Part shown: positions 22,184-32,601 of the stretch, piece by piece
Layout of the letters: each line of letters opens with the position of its first letter
How positions within the stretch are numbered: the stretch's first letter is position 1
Assembly (NCBI RefSeq): GCF_041911615.1
Contig: NZ_JAYROR010000089.1
Span: 2,131 to 66,130, forward strand
Source of the DNA: Zoogloea sp.
GTDB taxonomy: Bacteria; Pseudomonadota; Gammaproteobacteria; Burkholderiales; Rhodocyclaceae
DNA length: 64,000 nt
Direction of reading: 5' to 3'
The notes under the pieces: model-generated
Database searches by the model: none
What the model saw: only the letters and a program-made list of their open reading frames with translations
Told to the model about the DNA's origin: nothing
Translations under genes and position numbers: made by a program

Positions 22184-23203
22184 ATGAGTATAAAGCAAAA
22201 AGCACGCCCCGCCGGCTGGAGCCGGCATCCGGCGAGCCTGCCCGACTTCCGCAACCTCGGCGTGGTGCTGCGTATCCTGCTGCTGGTGAACGCGCTGGCG
22301 CTCGCCGCGCTGCTGGTGCGCAACAGCGCGCTCGCGGCATTGCCGGCGGAAGGCATGGAGATGGCGGTGCGCGTCGAGTTTCCCCTGATTCTCGGCGTCG
22401 CGGCCCTGTTCCTGCTGCAGCCGTTGCTGCGTCGGCTGCCCTACGTCGCCGGCGTGGCGGTGGTGCTCGGCGTGGTGCTGACGGTGGCGGCGGCGAGCCA
22501 GGTGTTGCTGGCACCCGTGGAGGTGGACGAGGCGCCGCGGGCGCTGATCTGGTCGTTGACGGTGGCGCTGGCGGTGCTGGCCTACTTCCACCAGCGTAAC
22601 GCGGCCCAGGCGCCGGCGCTGGCCGAGGCGCGGCTCTTGGCGCTGACTGCCCGCATCCGCCCGCATTTCCTGTTCAACAGCCTGAACGGCGTGCTCGGCG
22701 TGCTGCGCCGCGATCCGCGACGGGCCGAGGAGGGCCTGGAGGAGCTGGCCGACCTGTTCCGCGCCCTGATGCAGGATAATCGCGAGCTCGTTCCGCTGGC
22801 CGACGAGATCGTCCTGTGCGAACGCTACCTGAGCCTCGAGCGCCTGCGCCTGGGCGAGCGCCTGCAGGTGAGCTGGCAGCGCGACGGGGCGGCCGACGCG
22901 GCGCTGGTGCCGCCGCTGCTGCTCCAGCCGCTGGTCGAGAACGCCGTCTATCACGGCATCGAGCCGGCGGCGGTGCCGGGCACGGTTTCGATTACCATCG
23001 CCCGGCGCGGCCCGGAGGTGCTCATCGGCATCGCCAACCCGCGCCTCGACGCGGCGAGCCACCACACGGGCAACCGCATGGCCCTCGACAACATTCGTGA
23101 GCGACTGATGCTTTTCTACGACCTCGAAGCCACCCTCGACACCGAACAGGATGCGGACGCCTTCCGGGTGCGCATCCGCCTGCCCTTCAGGAGCGAACGA
23201 TGA
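22184..23203 (+). CDS. algZ: AlgZ/FimS-like LytS-type sensor
   Basis: Four TM segments, ARIRPHFLFNSLN, LQPLVENAVYHGIE, GNRMALDNIRERL; divergent from argH and coupled to a LytTR regulator. Confidence 0.85.
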   Translation: MSIKQKARPAGWSRHPASLPDFRNLGVVLRILLLVNALALAALLVRNSALAALPAEGMEMAVRVEFPLILGVAALFLLQPLLRRLPYVAGVAVVLGVVLTVAAASQVLLAPVEVDEAPRALIWSLTVALAVLAYFHQRNAAQAPALAEARLLALTARIRPHFLFNSLNGVLGVLRRDPRRAEEGLEELADLFRALMQDNRELVPLADEIVLCERYLSLERLRLGERLQVSWQRDGAADAALVPPLLLQPLVENAVYHGIEPAAVPGTVSITIARRGPEVLIGIANPRLDAASHHTGNRMALDNIRERLMLFYDLEATLDTEQDADAFRVRIRLPFRSER

Positions 23204-23982
23204 GCGGTGCCGTCGAACACGCCTTCGCGCCGCTGTCGGTGCTGATCGTCGACGACGAGGCGCCGGCTCGCGAGCGTATCGCCGATCTGCTCGGCGACAT
23301 CGCCGATACCCAGCCCACCCGGATCGCCGGCACGGCGGCCAACGGCGTCGAGGCGCTGGCGGTGCTCGAGCGCGAAGCGGTGGATCTGGTCCTCACCGAC
23401 ATCCAGATGCCGGCGATGGACGGCATCGAGCTGGCCCGTCACCTGGGGCGGCTCGAGCGGGCGCCGGCGGTGATCTTCACCACCGCCTACGACGAGTACG
23501 CGGTGCGCGCCTTCGAGCTGGCGGCGGTCGATTACCTGCTCAAGCCGGTGCGCGCCGCGCGGCTCGCCGAGGCCGTCGCCAAGGCGCGCCGCCTGCGACC
23601 GCCGGCCGACGAGATCCTGCGTCGGATGGCGCCGGCGACGCGCAGCCATTTCAGCATCAACGAGCGCGGGCGCATCCTGCTGGTGCCGGTGGCCGACGTG
23701 CGCTACCTGAAGGCCGAGCAGAAATACGTGGTGGCCCGCAGCGTGGCGCGGGAATATCTCCTCGACGAATCGCTGGTGCAACTGGAGGAGGAGTTCTCCG
23801 GGCGTTTTCTGCGCATCCACCGCAACTGCCTGATTGCCCGCGACGCCGTGAAGGGCGTGGCGCGCGCCACCACCGGCGTGGATGGCGAGGCGCATTGGGT
23901 GATCCTGCTCGAAGGCATTCCCGAGCAGTTGCCGGTGAGCCGGCGGCAGTGGCCGGCGGTCAAGGAGGCGCTCGGGGTGTGA
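23200..23982 (+). CDS. algR: AlgR-like LytTR response regulator
   Basis: LIVDDE, TDIQMP, FTTAY, DYLLKPV, YLKAEQKY, FLRIHRNCL, LPVSRRQ. Confidence 0.88.
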   Translation: MSGAVEHAFAPLSVLIVDDEAPARERIADLLGDIADTQPTRIAGTAANGVEALAVLEREAVDLVLTDIQMPAMDGIELARHLGRLERAPAVIFTTAYDEYAVRAFELAAVDYLLKPVRAARLAEAVAKARRLRPPADEILRRMAPATRSHFSINERGRILLVPVADVRYLKAEQKYVVARSVAREYLLDESLVQLEEEFSGRFLRIHRNCLIARDAVKGVARATTGVDGEAHWVILLEGIPEQLPVSRRQWPAVKEALGV

Positions 23983-24101
23983 AGTTCCCGGGTGCCGATG
24001 CCCCGCCGCCAACTTTGTCACGGCCGCGTCACGAACGGCGGCCGGTTTGTCTGTAATAAAATGTAAATTCTCCGCTCGCATATGACAGTGGGAGCGGTGG
24101 C

Positions 24102-25187
24102 GTGGGGCGGTCCTTTTCGATCTACCTCGATCTGATACGTTTTGCGGCAGCGTTTCTTGTCTATCTGTATCACTCGAATCAGCGTTTCCTGAGCACCTCC
24201 GAAGTCCCTTTCAGCGGATTCGGCCACAGTGCGGTGGTGGTGTTCTTCGTGCTGTCGGGCTTCGTCATCCGCCACGTCACCGACAGCAAGGAAGCGCACT
24301 GGGCGGACTACGTCGCCAGCCGCATCGCGCGCATCTTCTCGGTGACCGTGCCGGCGATCTTCCTGACCCTGCTGTTCGATACTGTCGGGCGCGCCTTCGC
24401 GCCCGAAATCTACGCCCACAGCGCTTCGGACCAGGTGCTGGCGCGCGTCGTGCTGAGCCTGCTGCTGCTCAACGAGGTGTGGCTGCTGTCGGTGATGAGC
24501 TTCTCGAACCTGCCGTTCTGGTCGATCTGCGTCGAGTTCTGGTACTACGCTGCCTTTGCGCTGGTGATCTTCCTGCCCCGACGGGTGGGCTGGGTCGCCG
24601 CCGCGCTGCTCGCCCTGGCGCTCGGGCCGAAGTTCATCCTGCTCGCGCCGATCTGGTGGGCGGGCGTGCTGCTCTACCGCTGGCGGATGCCGCCCTGGCT
24701 GGGCCGGCGCTCGGCGCTGGCGATGGTCGGGTTCAGCCTCACCGGCTTCTGGCTGTTCCACGCCCTCAAGATCGACCGCTGGGGTTGTCTGTGGCTCAAG
24801 GCTGCGCTCGGCCAGGACGTCGCCCAGTATCTCGGCTTTGCCAACTACGTGGTCGGCGACTACCTGCTGACGCTGCTGGTGTGCCTGAACTTCGCCGGGA
24901 TGCGGGCGCTGCTGGCCGGCTCGGGCGGCTGGTTGATCGCGCTGGAACGCCCGATACGGCAGGTGGCCGGCTGCACCTTCACGCTCTACCTGCTGCATCT
25001 GCCCTTGTTCCTGATGTGGAGCGCGATCGTGCGCGGCAACCCCGCGCAGCCGTGGTACTGGCTGACGGTGACCGCCCTGGTCTTTGCCAGCGTGGTGCTC
25101 GTCAGCCGCCAGACCGAGGCGCACCGCTACCGCCTGCGCGGGTGGCTGCTGGCCCTGTTCGCTCGGCGGGGCGTGATGGCGGCCTGA
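24102..25187 (+). CDS. Acyltransferase-3 (OafA-like membrane O-acyltransferase)
   Basis: [13 protein letters not shown]-x3-[37 protein letters not shown]. Confidence 0.88.
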   Translation: MGRSFSIYLDLIRFAAAFLVYLYHSNQRFLSTSEVPFSGFGHSAVVVFFVLSGFVIRHVTDSKEAHWADYVASRIARIFSVTVPAIFLTLLFDTVGRAFAPEIYAHSASDQVLARVVLSLLLLNEVWLLSVMSFSNLPFWSICVEFWYYAAFALVIFLPRRVGWVAAALLALALGPKFILLAPIWWAGVLLYRWRMPPWLGRRSALAMVGFSLTGFWLFHALKIDRWGCLWLKAALGQDVAQYLGFANYVVGDYLLTLLVCLNFAGMRALLAGSGGWLIALERPIRQVAGCTFTLYLLHLPLFLMWSAIVRGNPAQPWYWLTVTALVFASVVLVSRQTEAHRYRLRGWLLALFARRGVMAA

Positions 25188-25255
25188 CCCCGCTCGCGGG
25201 CGGGAACGTCCGCTTTCGCGGGTGTTCCAAGGAGGGCTCCCGTACAATCGCGCCC

Positions 25256-27427
<2,172 letters not shown>

Positions 27428-27640
27428 GCTCTCGTCGCGAACGCGACGTGCTGCACGTCGCGCCGGCGCGCTGCCGGGTATCATGCGGCGCCCATGTCAC
27501 GTGGGTTCCCGGCGCCCGCGGCCGTGTCGCACCGATCGCGGCGGCTGCGGCGGTTTGTAACAGTCCATCGTTAAGTTAAATGCTGTTACGCTGCCGTGGG
27601 GGCGCTGCCGTTTCAATGTCCCGTCATTCGTTGGTGAAAA

Positions 27641-28255
27641 GTGGAAAAGCTAGTCTATCGTTCGAGCCTCAGCGGGCGGATCGCCTCGCTGATCGATGTC
27701 GGTTTCGGCACCTTCCGGGGGTTCGTGCGGTTGGTCCTGGGGGAGCTGGCCTTCGTTGGTGGCGGCCTGCGGCCTTTCGTGCAGATTCGCCCCCGTGAGG
27801 TGAAGCGCCTGGTCTTCGTGTGCCTGGGCAACATCAACCGTAGTGCCTTCGGGCACGCCGTGGCCGACAAGCTCGGTGCCCAGGTGGCGTCCCTCGGCTT
27901 GTCCACCACCACCGGCGCGCCGGCCTTCGAGAAGGCGATCGCTGCGGCCCCGGTGTACGGCATCGATCTGGGCGCCCATCGCGCCACCGATTTCACGGAT
28001 TTCCGTTACCAGCCCGGCGACCTGCTGCTGGCGATGGAGGTCCGCCACGTGCACGAGCTGATCCGCCGCGGCATTCCGGCCGACGCGATCGCCCTGCTGG
28101 GACACTGGTCGCGTCCGCACCGCATCCACATCCACGACCCCCACCTGCACACCGACCAGTATTTCCGTACCTGCTTCGCCATCATCCACTCGGCAGTGGC
28201 CAATCTGGTCGAGGAACTGCGCCTGGGAGAAAGCCCGTGTCTGAGCAAAAAGTGA
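27641..28255 (+). CDS. Low-molecular-weight phosphotyrosine phosphatase-like protein (variant P-loop)
   Basis: FVCLGNINRSAF (CX5R), SLGL, HRA, LLAME, IHDPH. Confidence 0.78.
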   Translation: MEKLVYRSSLSGRIASLIDVGFGTFRGFVRLVLGELAFVGGGLRPFVQIRPREVKRLVFVCLGNINRSAFGHAVADKLGAQVASLGLSTTTGAPAFEKAIAAAPVYGIDLGAHRATDFTDFRYQPGDLLLAMEVRHVHELIRRGIPADAIALLGHWSRPHRIHIHDPHLHTDQYFRTCFAIIHSAVANLVEELRLGESPCLSKK

Positions 28256-29211
28256 ATGTCTACCTGACCTTCGACATCGAGGTCTGGTGCGGCGGCTGGA
28301 ACAACCTCGACGGCAACTTCCCGGGCAGCTTCGAGCGCTACGTCTATGGCCGCTCGCCGAAGGGCGACTACGCGCTGCCGAAGACCCTCGAAATCCTCGA
28401 CCGCAACGGCCTCAAAGGGGTGTTCTTCGTCGAGCCGCTGTTCGCGGCGCGCTTCGGCGTGGACAAGCTGGCGGTGATCGTCGACCTGATCCGCGCCGGC
28501 GGCCACGACGTGCAGCTGCATCTGCACCCCGAGTGGTCGGACGAGCTGACCCCGCTGCCGTTTCCCGGCGCCAGCCGCAAGCGCCAGCACCTGGCCTTCT
28601 ACACCCTCGAGGAGCAGACCATCCTGATCCGGATGGGCCTCGACCTGCTGGCCCAGGTGGGCTGCGCCCCGATCACGGCCTTCCGGGCCGGCAGCTTCGC
28701 GGCCAACGCCGATACCTTCCGCGCCCTGCGCGCCTGCGGACTGACGGTGGATTTCAGCCTCAACGAAGTGTGCGCCGACAGCGGTCCCGACCTGCGCGGC
28801 AAGGTCGACTTCCTGAATCCCCAGCGCATCGACGGCGTGCAGAGCGTGCCGATGACGATCTTCCGCGACGGCACCGGGCGCCTGCGTCCGGCGCAGCTGG
28901 GCGCCTGCAGCGTCGCCGAACTGTGTGGCGCGCTCGAATCGGCGCGCGGGCGCGGTGTCGAGCACTTCGTCATGCTGTCGCACAACTTCGAGATGCTCAA
29001 GCAGGGGCGCAGCGAGCCGGATGCCATCGTGGTGCGGCGGTTTGAAAAAATATGCAAATTTTTGGCGCGCCGGCGTGATGAATTTACTGTCGCCACCGCG
29101 GCTATGCTGCCAACATTCCACCCCGGTTCGCAGCCCCGCCTTCCGGTTGCCAGCCTGCCCGCAACGCTCTGGCGCCACGGGGAGCAGCTGGCTCGCCGCT
29201 TCCTCGGATGA
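28237..29211 (+). CDS. Polysaccharide deacetylase (NodB/CE4-like)
   Basis: YLTFDIE, KGVFFVE, VQLHLHPEW, FRAGSF. Confidence 0.8.
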   Translation: MSEQKVNVYLTFDIEVWCGGWNNLDGNFPGSFERYVYGRSPKGDYALPKTLEILDRNGLKGVFFVEPLFAARFGVDKLAVIVDLIRAGGHDVQLHLHPEWSDELTPLPFPGASRKRQHLAFYTLEEQTILIRMGLDLLAQVGCAPITAFRAGSFAANADTFRALRACGLTVDFSLNEVCADSGPDLRGKVDFLNPQRIDGVQSVPMTIFRDGTGRLRPAQLGACSVAELCGALESARGRGVEHFVMLSHNFEMLKQGRSEPDAIVVRRFEKICKFLARRRDEFTVATAAMLPTFHPGSQPRLPVASLPATLWRHGEQLARRFLG

Positions 29212-29345
29212 CGCTCCCGGCCCATGGTCGGGTGTTTTCCTGATCGTGTCGCCCGCGCACCGCTCTTGCTCCGACTTCCCGAGGCCTTCATGACGCGCAT
29301 CCCTTTCTTCCGACCGGTCTGCGCCCGCCTCGCCGGAGGACGGCC

Positions 29346-29768
29346 GTGAGCGACGGGGCCGACGTCCGGCCGCCGCCGCTGCTGCGGGATCGCCGCCGTG
29401 CCGCCGCGGTCCGTTATGCCATCACCGGCGTGGCGCTGCTGCTGCTCGACATGGCGGTGTTCTTCGTGCTGGCGCGCGGACTGCAGGTCGAGCCGGCCCT
29501 GGCGCAGTTCGCGGCCCGCGCGGCCGGTGCGGTGGCGGGCTTCTTCGGTCACAAGAATTTCTCCTTCCGCAACACCGGCGACGGGCCGGCGATGCCGCTG
29601 CGCCAGGTGCTGCTTTATGCCACCGTGACCGCGATCACCCTCTGCGTGTCGCCGCTGGTGCTGGTCGGGTTGCTGGCGTTGTCGGACAACCTCGTGGCCG
29701 CCAAGCTCGGCACCGAGGTGGTGATGGTGGCCTTCAATTATTTTTGCCTCAGTAGGGTGTTCCGATGA
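29346..29768 (+). CDS. GtrA family membrane protein
   Basis: About 140 aa, four TM; VRYAITG, FFGHKNFSF, AKLGTEV-x4-FNYF. Confidence 0.82.
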   Translation: MSDGADVRPPPLLRDRRRAAAVRYAITGVALLLLDMAVFFVLARGLQVEPALAQFAARAAGAVAGFFGHKNFSFRNTGDGPAMPLRQVLLYATVTAITLCVSPLVLVGLLALSDNLVAAKLGTEVVMVAFNYFCLSRVFR

Positions 29769-30775
29769 AACTGGATACGGACAGGGTTGAGGTGTCGGTC
29801 GTCGTGCCGGCCTTCAACGAAGCCGAGGGGCTGCCCCGCTTTCTCGAAGAGATCGACCGGGTGATCGCGTCCCTCGATGTGCGCGCCGAGCTGGTTTTCG
29901 TGAACGATGGCTCGCAGGACGGCACCGAAGCGGTGTTGCAAGACATCGCACGTTTCCGGCCCGACGTGGTGCCGGTCAATTTTGCGCGCAACTTCGGCAA
30001 GGAAGCCGCGATGGCCGCCGGGCTCGCGGTGGCGAGCGGCGAGTGCGTGGTGTTCATGGACGCCGATCTGCAGCATCCGCCGCAGATCCTCGGCGAACTG
30101 CTCGCCAAGTGGCGCGAGGGCTACGACGTGGTGAATGGCCGCAAGCGCCGCCGCGGACAAGAGCCGGCCGTGTATCGCGCCTTCGCCAACCTGTTCAACG
30201 GCCTCATGAGCCGCGCGGTGGGGGGCGACATGGCTGGCGCCAGCGACTTCAAGCTGCTCGACCGCCAGGTGGTGGACACCCTGCTGCAGTTCCCCGAGCG
30301 CAATCGTTTTTTCCGCGGCATGGTGACCTGGGTTGGCTTCCGGGTGGCGGACGTGGAGTTCGACGTGCAGGAGCGCGAGATCGGCGCCACCAAGTGGTCG
30401 CTCGGTTCGCTGATGCGCTACTCGCTCAACAACCTGCTGGCCTTCTCGTCGATGCCACTGGTTGCGGTGGCCTACGTGGGCTTCGCCACCGTCGGCCTCG
30501 GCAGCCTGCTGCTGCTGCAGACGTTGTACCGTTACTTCGCCGGCACCGCGGCGATCGGCTTCACCACCGTGATCGCCGTGCAGGTGATGCTCGGCGGCAT
30601 GATCCTGATGGCGCTGGGCGTCATCTCGATCTACATGGCGCGCATGTACGACGAGCAGAAGCAGCGCCCGATGTTCATCATCCGTCGCCCGCGTCCGCGC
30701 CAGGCGAGCCGCGGCGGCGTGGACCGCAGCCCGCTGACCATCGCCGGCGGGCGCGATTTCGGAGACGGCCAATGA
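29765..30775 (+). CDS. GT2 polyprenol-phosphate glycosyltransferase (GtrB/ArnC-like)
   Basis: SVVVPAFNE, FVNDGSQD, RNFGKEAAMAAG, DADLQHPP, SDFKLLDR, RFFRGM, two C-terminal TM, QKQRP. Confidence 0.92.
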   Translation: MKLDTDRVEVSVVVPAFNEAEGLPRFLEEIDRVIASLDVRAELVFVNDGSQDGTEAVLQDIARFRPDVVPVNFARNFGKEAAMAAGLAVASGECVVFMDADLQHPPQILGELLAKWREGYDVVNGRKRRRGQEPAVYRAFANLFNGLMSRAVGGDMAGASDFKLLDRQVVDTLLQFPERNRFFRGMVTWVGFRVADVEFDVQEREIGATKWSLGSLMRYSLNNLLAFSSMPLVAVAYVGFATVGLGSLLLLQTLYRYFAGTAAIGFTTVIAVQVMLGGMILMALGVISIYMARMYDEQKQRPMFIIRRPRPRQASRGGVDRSPLTIAGGRDFGDGQ

Positions 30776-32580
30776 TCGGGCTCACCCGCAGTGAATCGCC
30801 GCTGACGCTGGCGGAAGGCGTCAAGGCCTTCGGGGTATTCCTGGTGCTCGCGCTGGTGCTGCATTTCCCGCACTACGGTTCGCACTACGGCGACCCCAAC
30901 TTCGACTTCTACCTGCACTACCACTGGGCGAAGGAATACGCCGAGAGCGTCGCCCATGGCTGGTGGTATCCGCGCTGGACCTTCTTCGCCCGCTTCGGCC
31001 TGGGCGAGCCGGTGTTCGTGTTCTACTCGCCGCTCTACTACCTGCTGTCGGCGCTGCTGGCGCTGGGCGGAATGACCGTCTGGAACGCGATGCACGTGGT
31101 CGAGGTGCTGAGCAACGCGGTGTTCGGGCTGTTCGTCTATCTCACCTGCCGTCACTACGCGAGCAACCGGCTGGCCCTGGTGGCCGGCTTCGCGGCGTCG
31201 CTCAACCCCTTTCTGGTGATGCTGCATTACAAGTTCCAGGGCTTCGCCTGGGCGTCGGTGGGCTACGCGGCCCACGGGATGCTGCTGTGGGCGATGTTCC
31301 GACCCAAGGCCGACCCGGCGCGCATCAACCTGCTTGCCGCGGTGGCCCTCGGCATCGCAGTGGTCGGCCACACGATGAGCACCCTGGTGATGCTGGTCTG
31401 CTACTCGGCGGCGGTGTTCGTCGCGCCGGCGGGCGGCGGCGAAGTGCGGGTGGCGGGGCTGCCGCGGCGTCTCGTCGCCTGGGGCTGCACCGTGGCACTG
31501 GGCCTCGGCATGGGGGCGATCTACCTGTTGCCGGCACTCGGTTCCCAGTCGCTGATCAATACCGACGCCTGGACCGGCCCGCACATCCTGCAGGCCTTCG
31601 CCTGGCCGACCTTCTCGGCGGTGATCCACGGCGTGCAGTGGTTCTCCTTCCAGTGGCCGCTGGCGGTGCCGGTGCTGGCCTTGCTGGTGGTGCAGGCGTG
31701 GTTCCTGTTCAAGTTGAAGGGTGCCGACGGGCAGCCGATCCGGCCGTTGCTGATGCAGCTCTTCCTGGTGCTGGCGGTGGCGGTGTTCTTCGCCTCGGAG
31801 CTGTCGTACCCGCTGTGGACGATCCAGTCGCCGCTGCTGCGCATCCAGTTGCCTTATCGCTTCCTGTCGGTGGCCTATGTGATGGTGATCGTCATCGGTG
31901 TGCTGGCGGCCCAGGCGGCGCGGGCCCGAGGCCGTCGCGGCTGGGAGATCGGCCTGGTCCGCTCGGTGGCGGCGGTGGGCGTGCTGGGGCTGTTGATCGC
32001 CGCCAAGGCGACTTACCTGGACGGTGGCAAGCTGCTGCCGGCGATGGCCCGCGACCAGTATTCGTTCGAGCTGCTGCCCCAGTGGTCGCGCACGCCCGAC
32101 GGGGGCTTCGCCTGCGCTGTCGACCGCAATGCCTGCCTGCGTCTGCCGCTGAGTGCGGGGGCTTTCCGCGGTACGCCGGAATACGCCACCAAGCACGCCA
32201 CGCCGGCGTTCTTCGACTGGGCGATGGCGGGCTTCGCGAAGGAGTGCGCGCAGCGCGGCGCGGTGTGCGGTCCGGCCCGCTACGTGTCCAACACCGTCGG
32301 CTGGCACATCGAGGCGCGCGCGGCGACGCCGCTGCGTCTGCCGGTGTTCCTGTTCCCGATGTGGGCGGTCGAGGTGGATGGCAAGCCCGTCCCGGCGGTG
32401 CACGACCCCGAAACAGGCTTGATCCAGGTCGAACTCGCACCCGGCGCCCACGAGGTGCGGCTCGAATGGACGGAGACGCCGCTGTTCGCGATGGCACGCT
32501 GGGTCACAATCGTTTCCATCGGTGTGTTGATCGTGCTCGGGCTTGCTGGCAGAGTTCGACGTGGTGCCCATTTCGGGTAG
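30772..32580 (+). CDS. Polytopic membrane protein, GT-C-like (PTPS-related/YfhO-like N-terminus)
   Basis: Start MIGLTRSE overlaps the GT2 stop; HGWWYPRW...GLGEPVFVFYSPLYY, many TM segments, IQLPYRF, C-terminal periplasmic domain (LPVFLFPMW...PGAHEVRL). Confidence 0.75.
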   Translation: MIGLTRSESPLTLAEGVKAFGVFLVLALVLHFPHYGSHYGDPNFDFYLHYHWAKEYAESVAHGWWYPRWTFFARFGLGEPVFVFYSPLYYLLSALLALGGMTVWNAMHVVEVLSNAVFGLFVYLTCRHYASNRLALVAGFAASLNPFLVMLHYKFQGFAWASVGYAAHGMLLWAMFRPKADPARINLLAAVALGIAVVGHTMSTLVMLVCYSAAVFVAPAGGGEVRVAGLPRRLVAWGCTVALGLGMGAIYLLPALGSQSLINTDAWTGPHILQAFAWPTFSAVIHGVQWFSFQWPLAVPVLALLVVQAWFLFKLKGADGQPIRPLLMQLFLVLAVAVFFASELSYPLWTIQSPLLRIQLPYRFLSVAYVMVIVIGVLAAQAARARGRRGWEIGLVRSVAAVGVLGLLIAAKATYLDGGKLLPAMARDQYSFELLPQWSRTPDGGFACAVDRNACLRLPLSAGAFRGTPEYATKHATPAFFDWAMAGFAKECAQRGAVCGPARYVSNTVGWHIEARAATPLRLPVFLFPMWAVEVDGKPVPAVHDPETGLIQVELAPGAHEVRLEWTETPLFAMARWVTIVSIGVLIVLGLAGRVRRGAHFG

Positions 32581-32601
32581 ATGTTCGGTTGAAGAGTGTC
32601 C

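Noticed and set aside
24479-25255. N-terminal extension of the ygiQ ORF
   Set aside because: Overlaps the acyltransferase in another frame; the YgiQ signature starts after 25256.
27442-27462. Hairpin CGCGACGTGC-T-GCACGTCGCG after ygiQ as a REP element
   Set aside because: No second copy noticed and no U tract; probably a simple 3' stem-loop.
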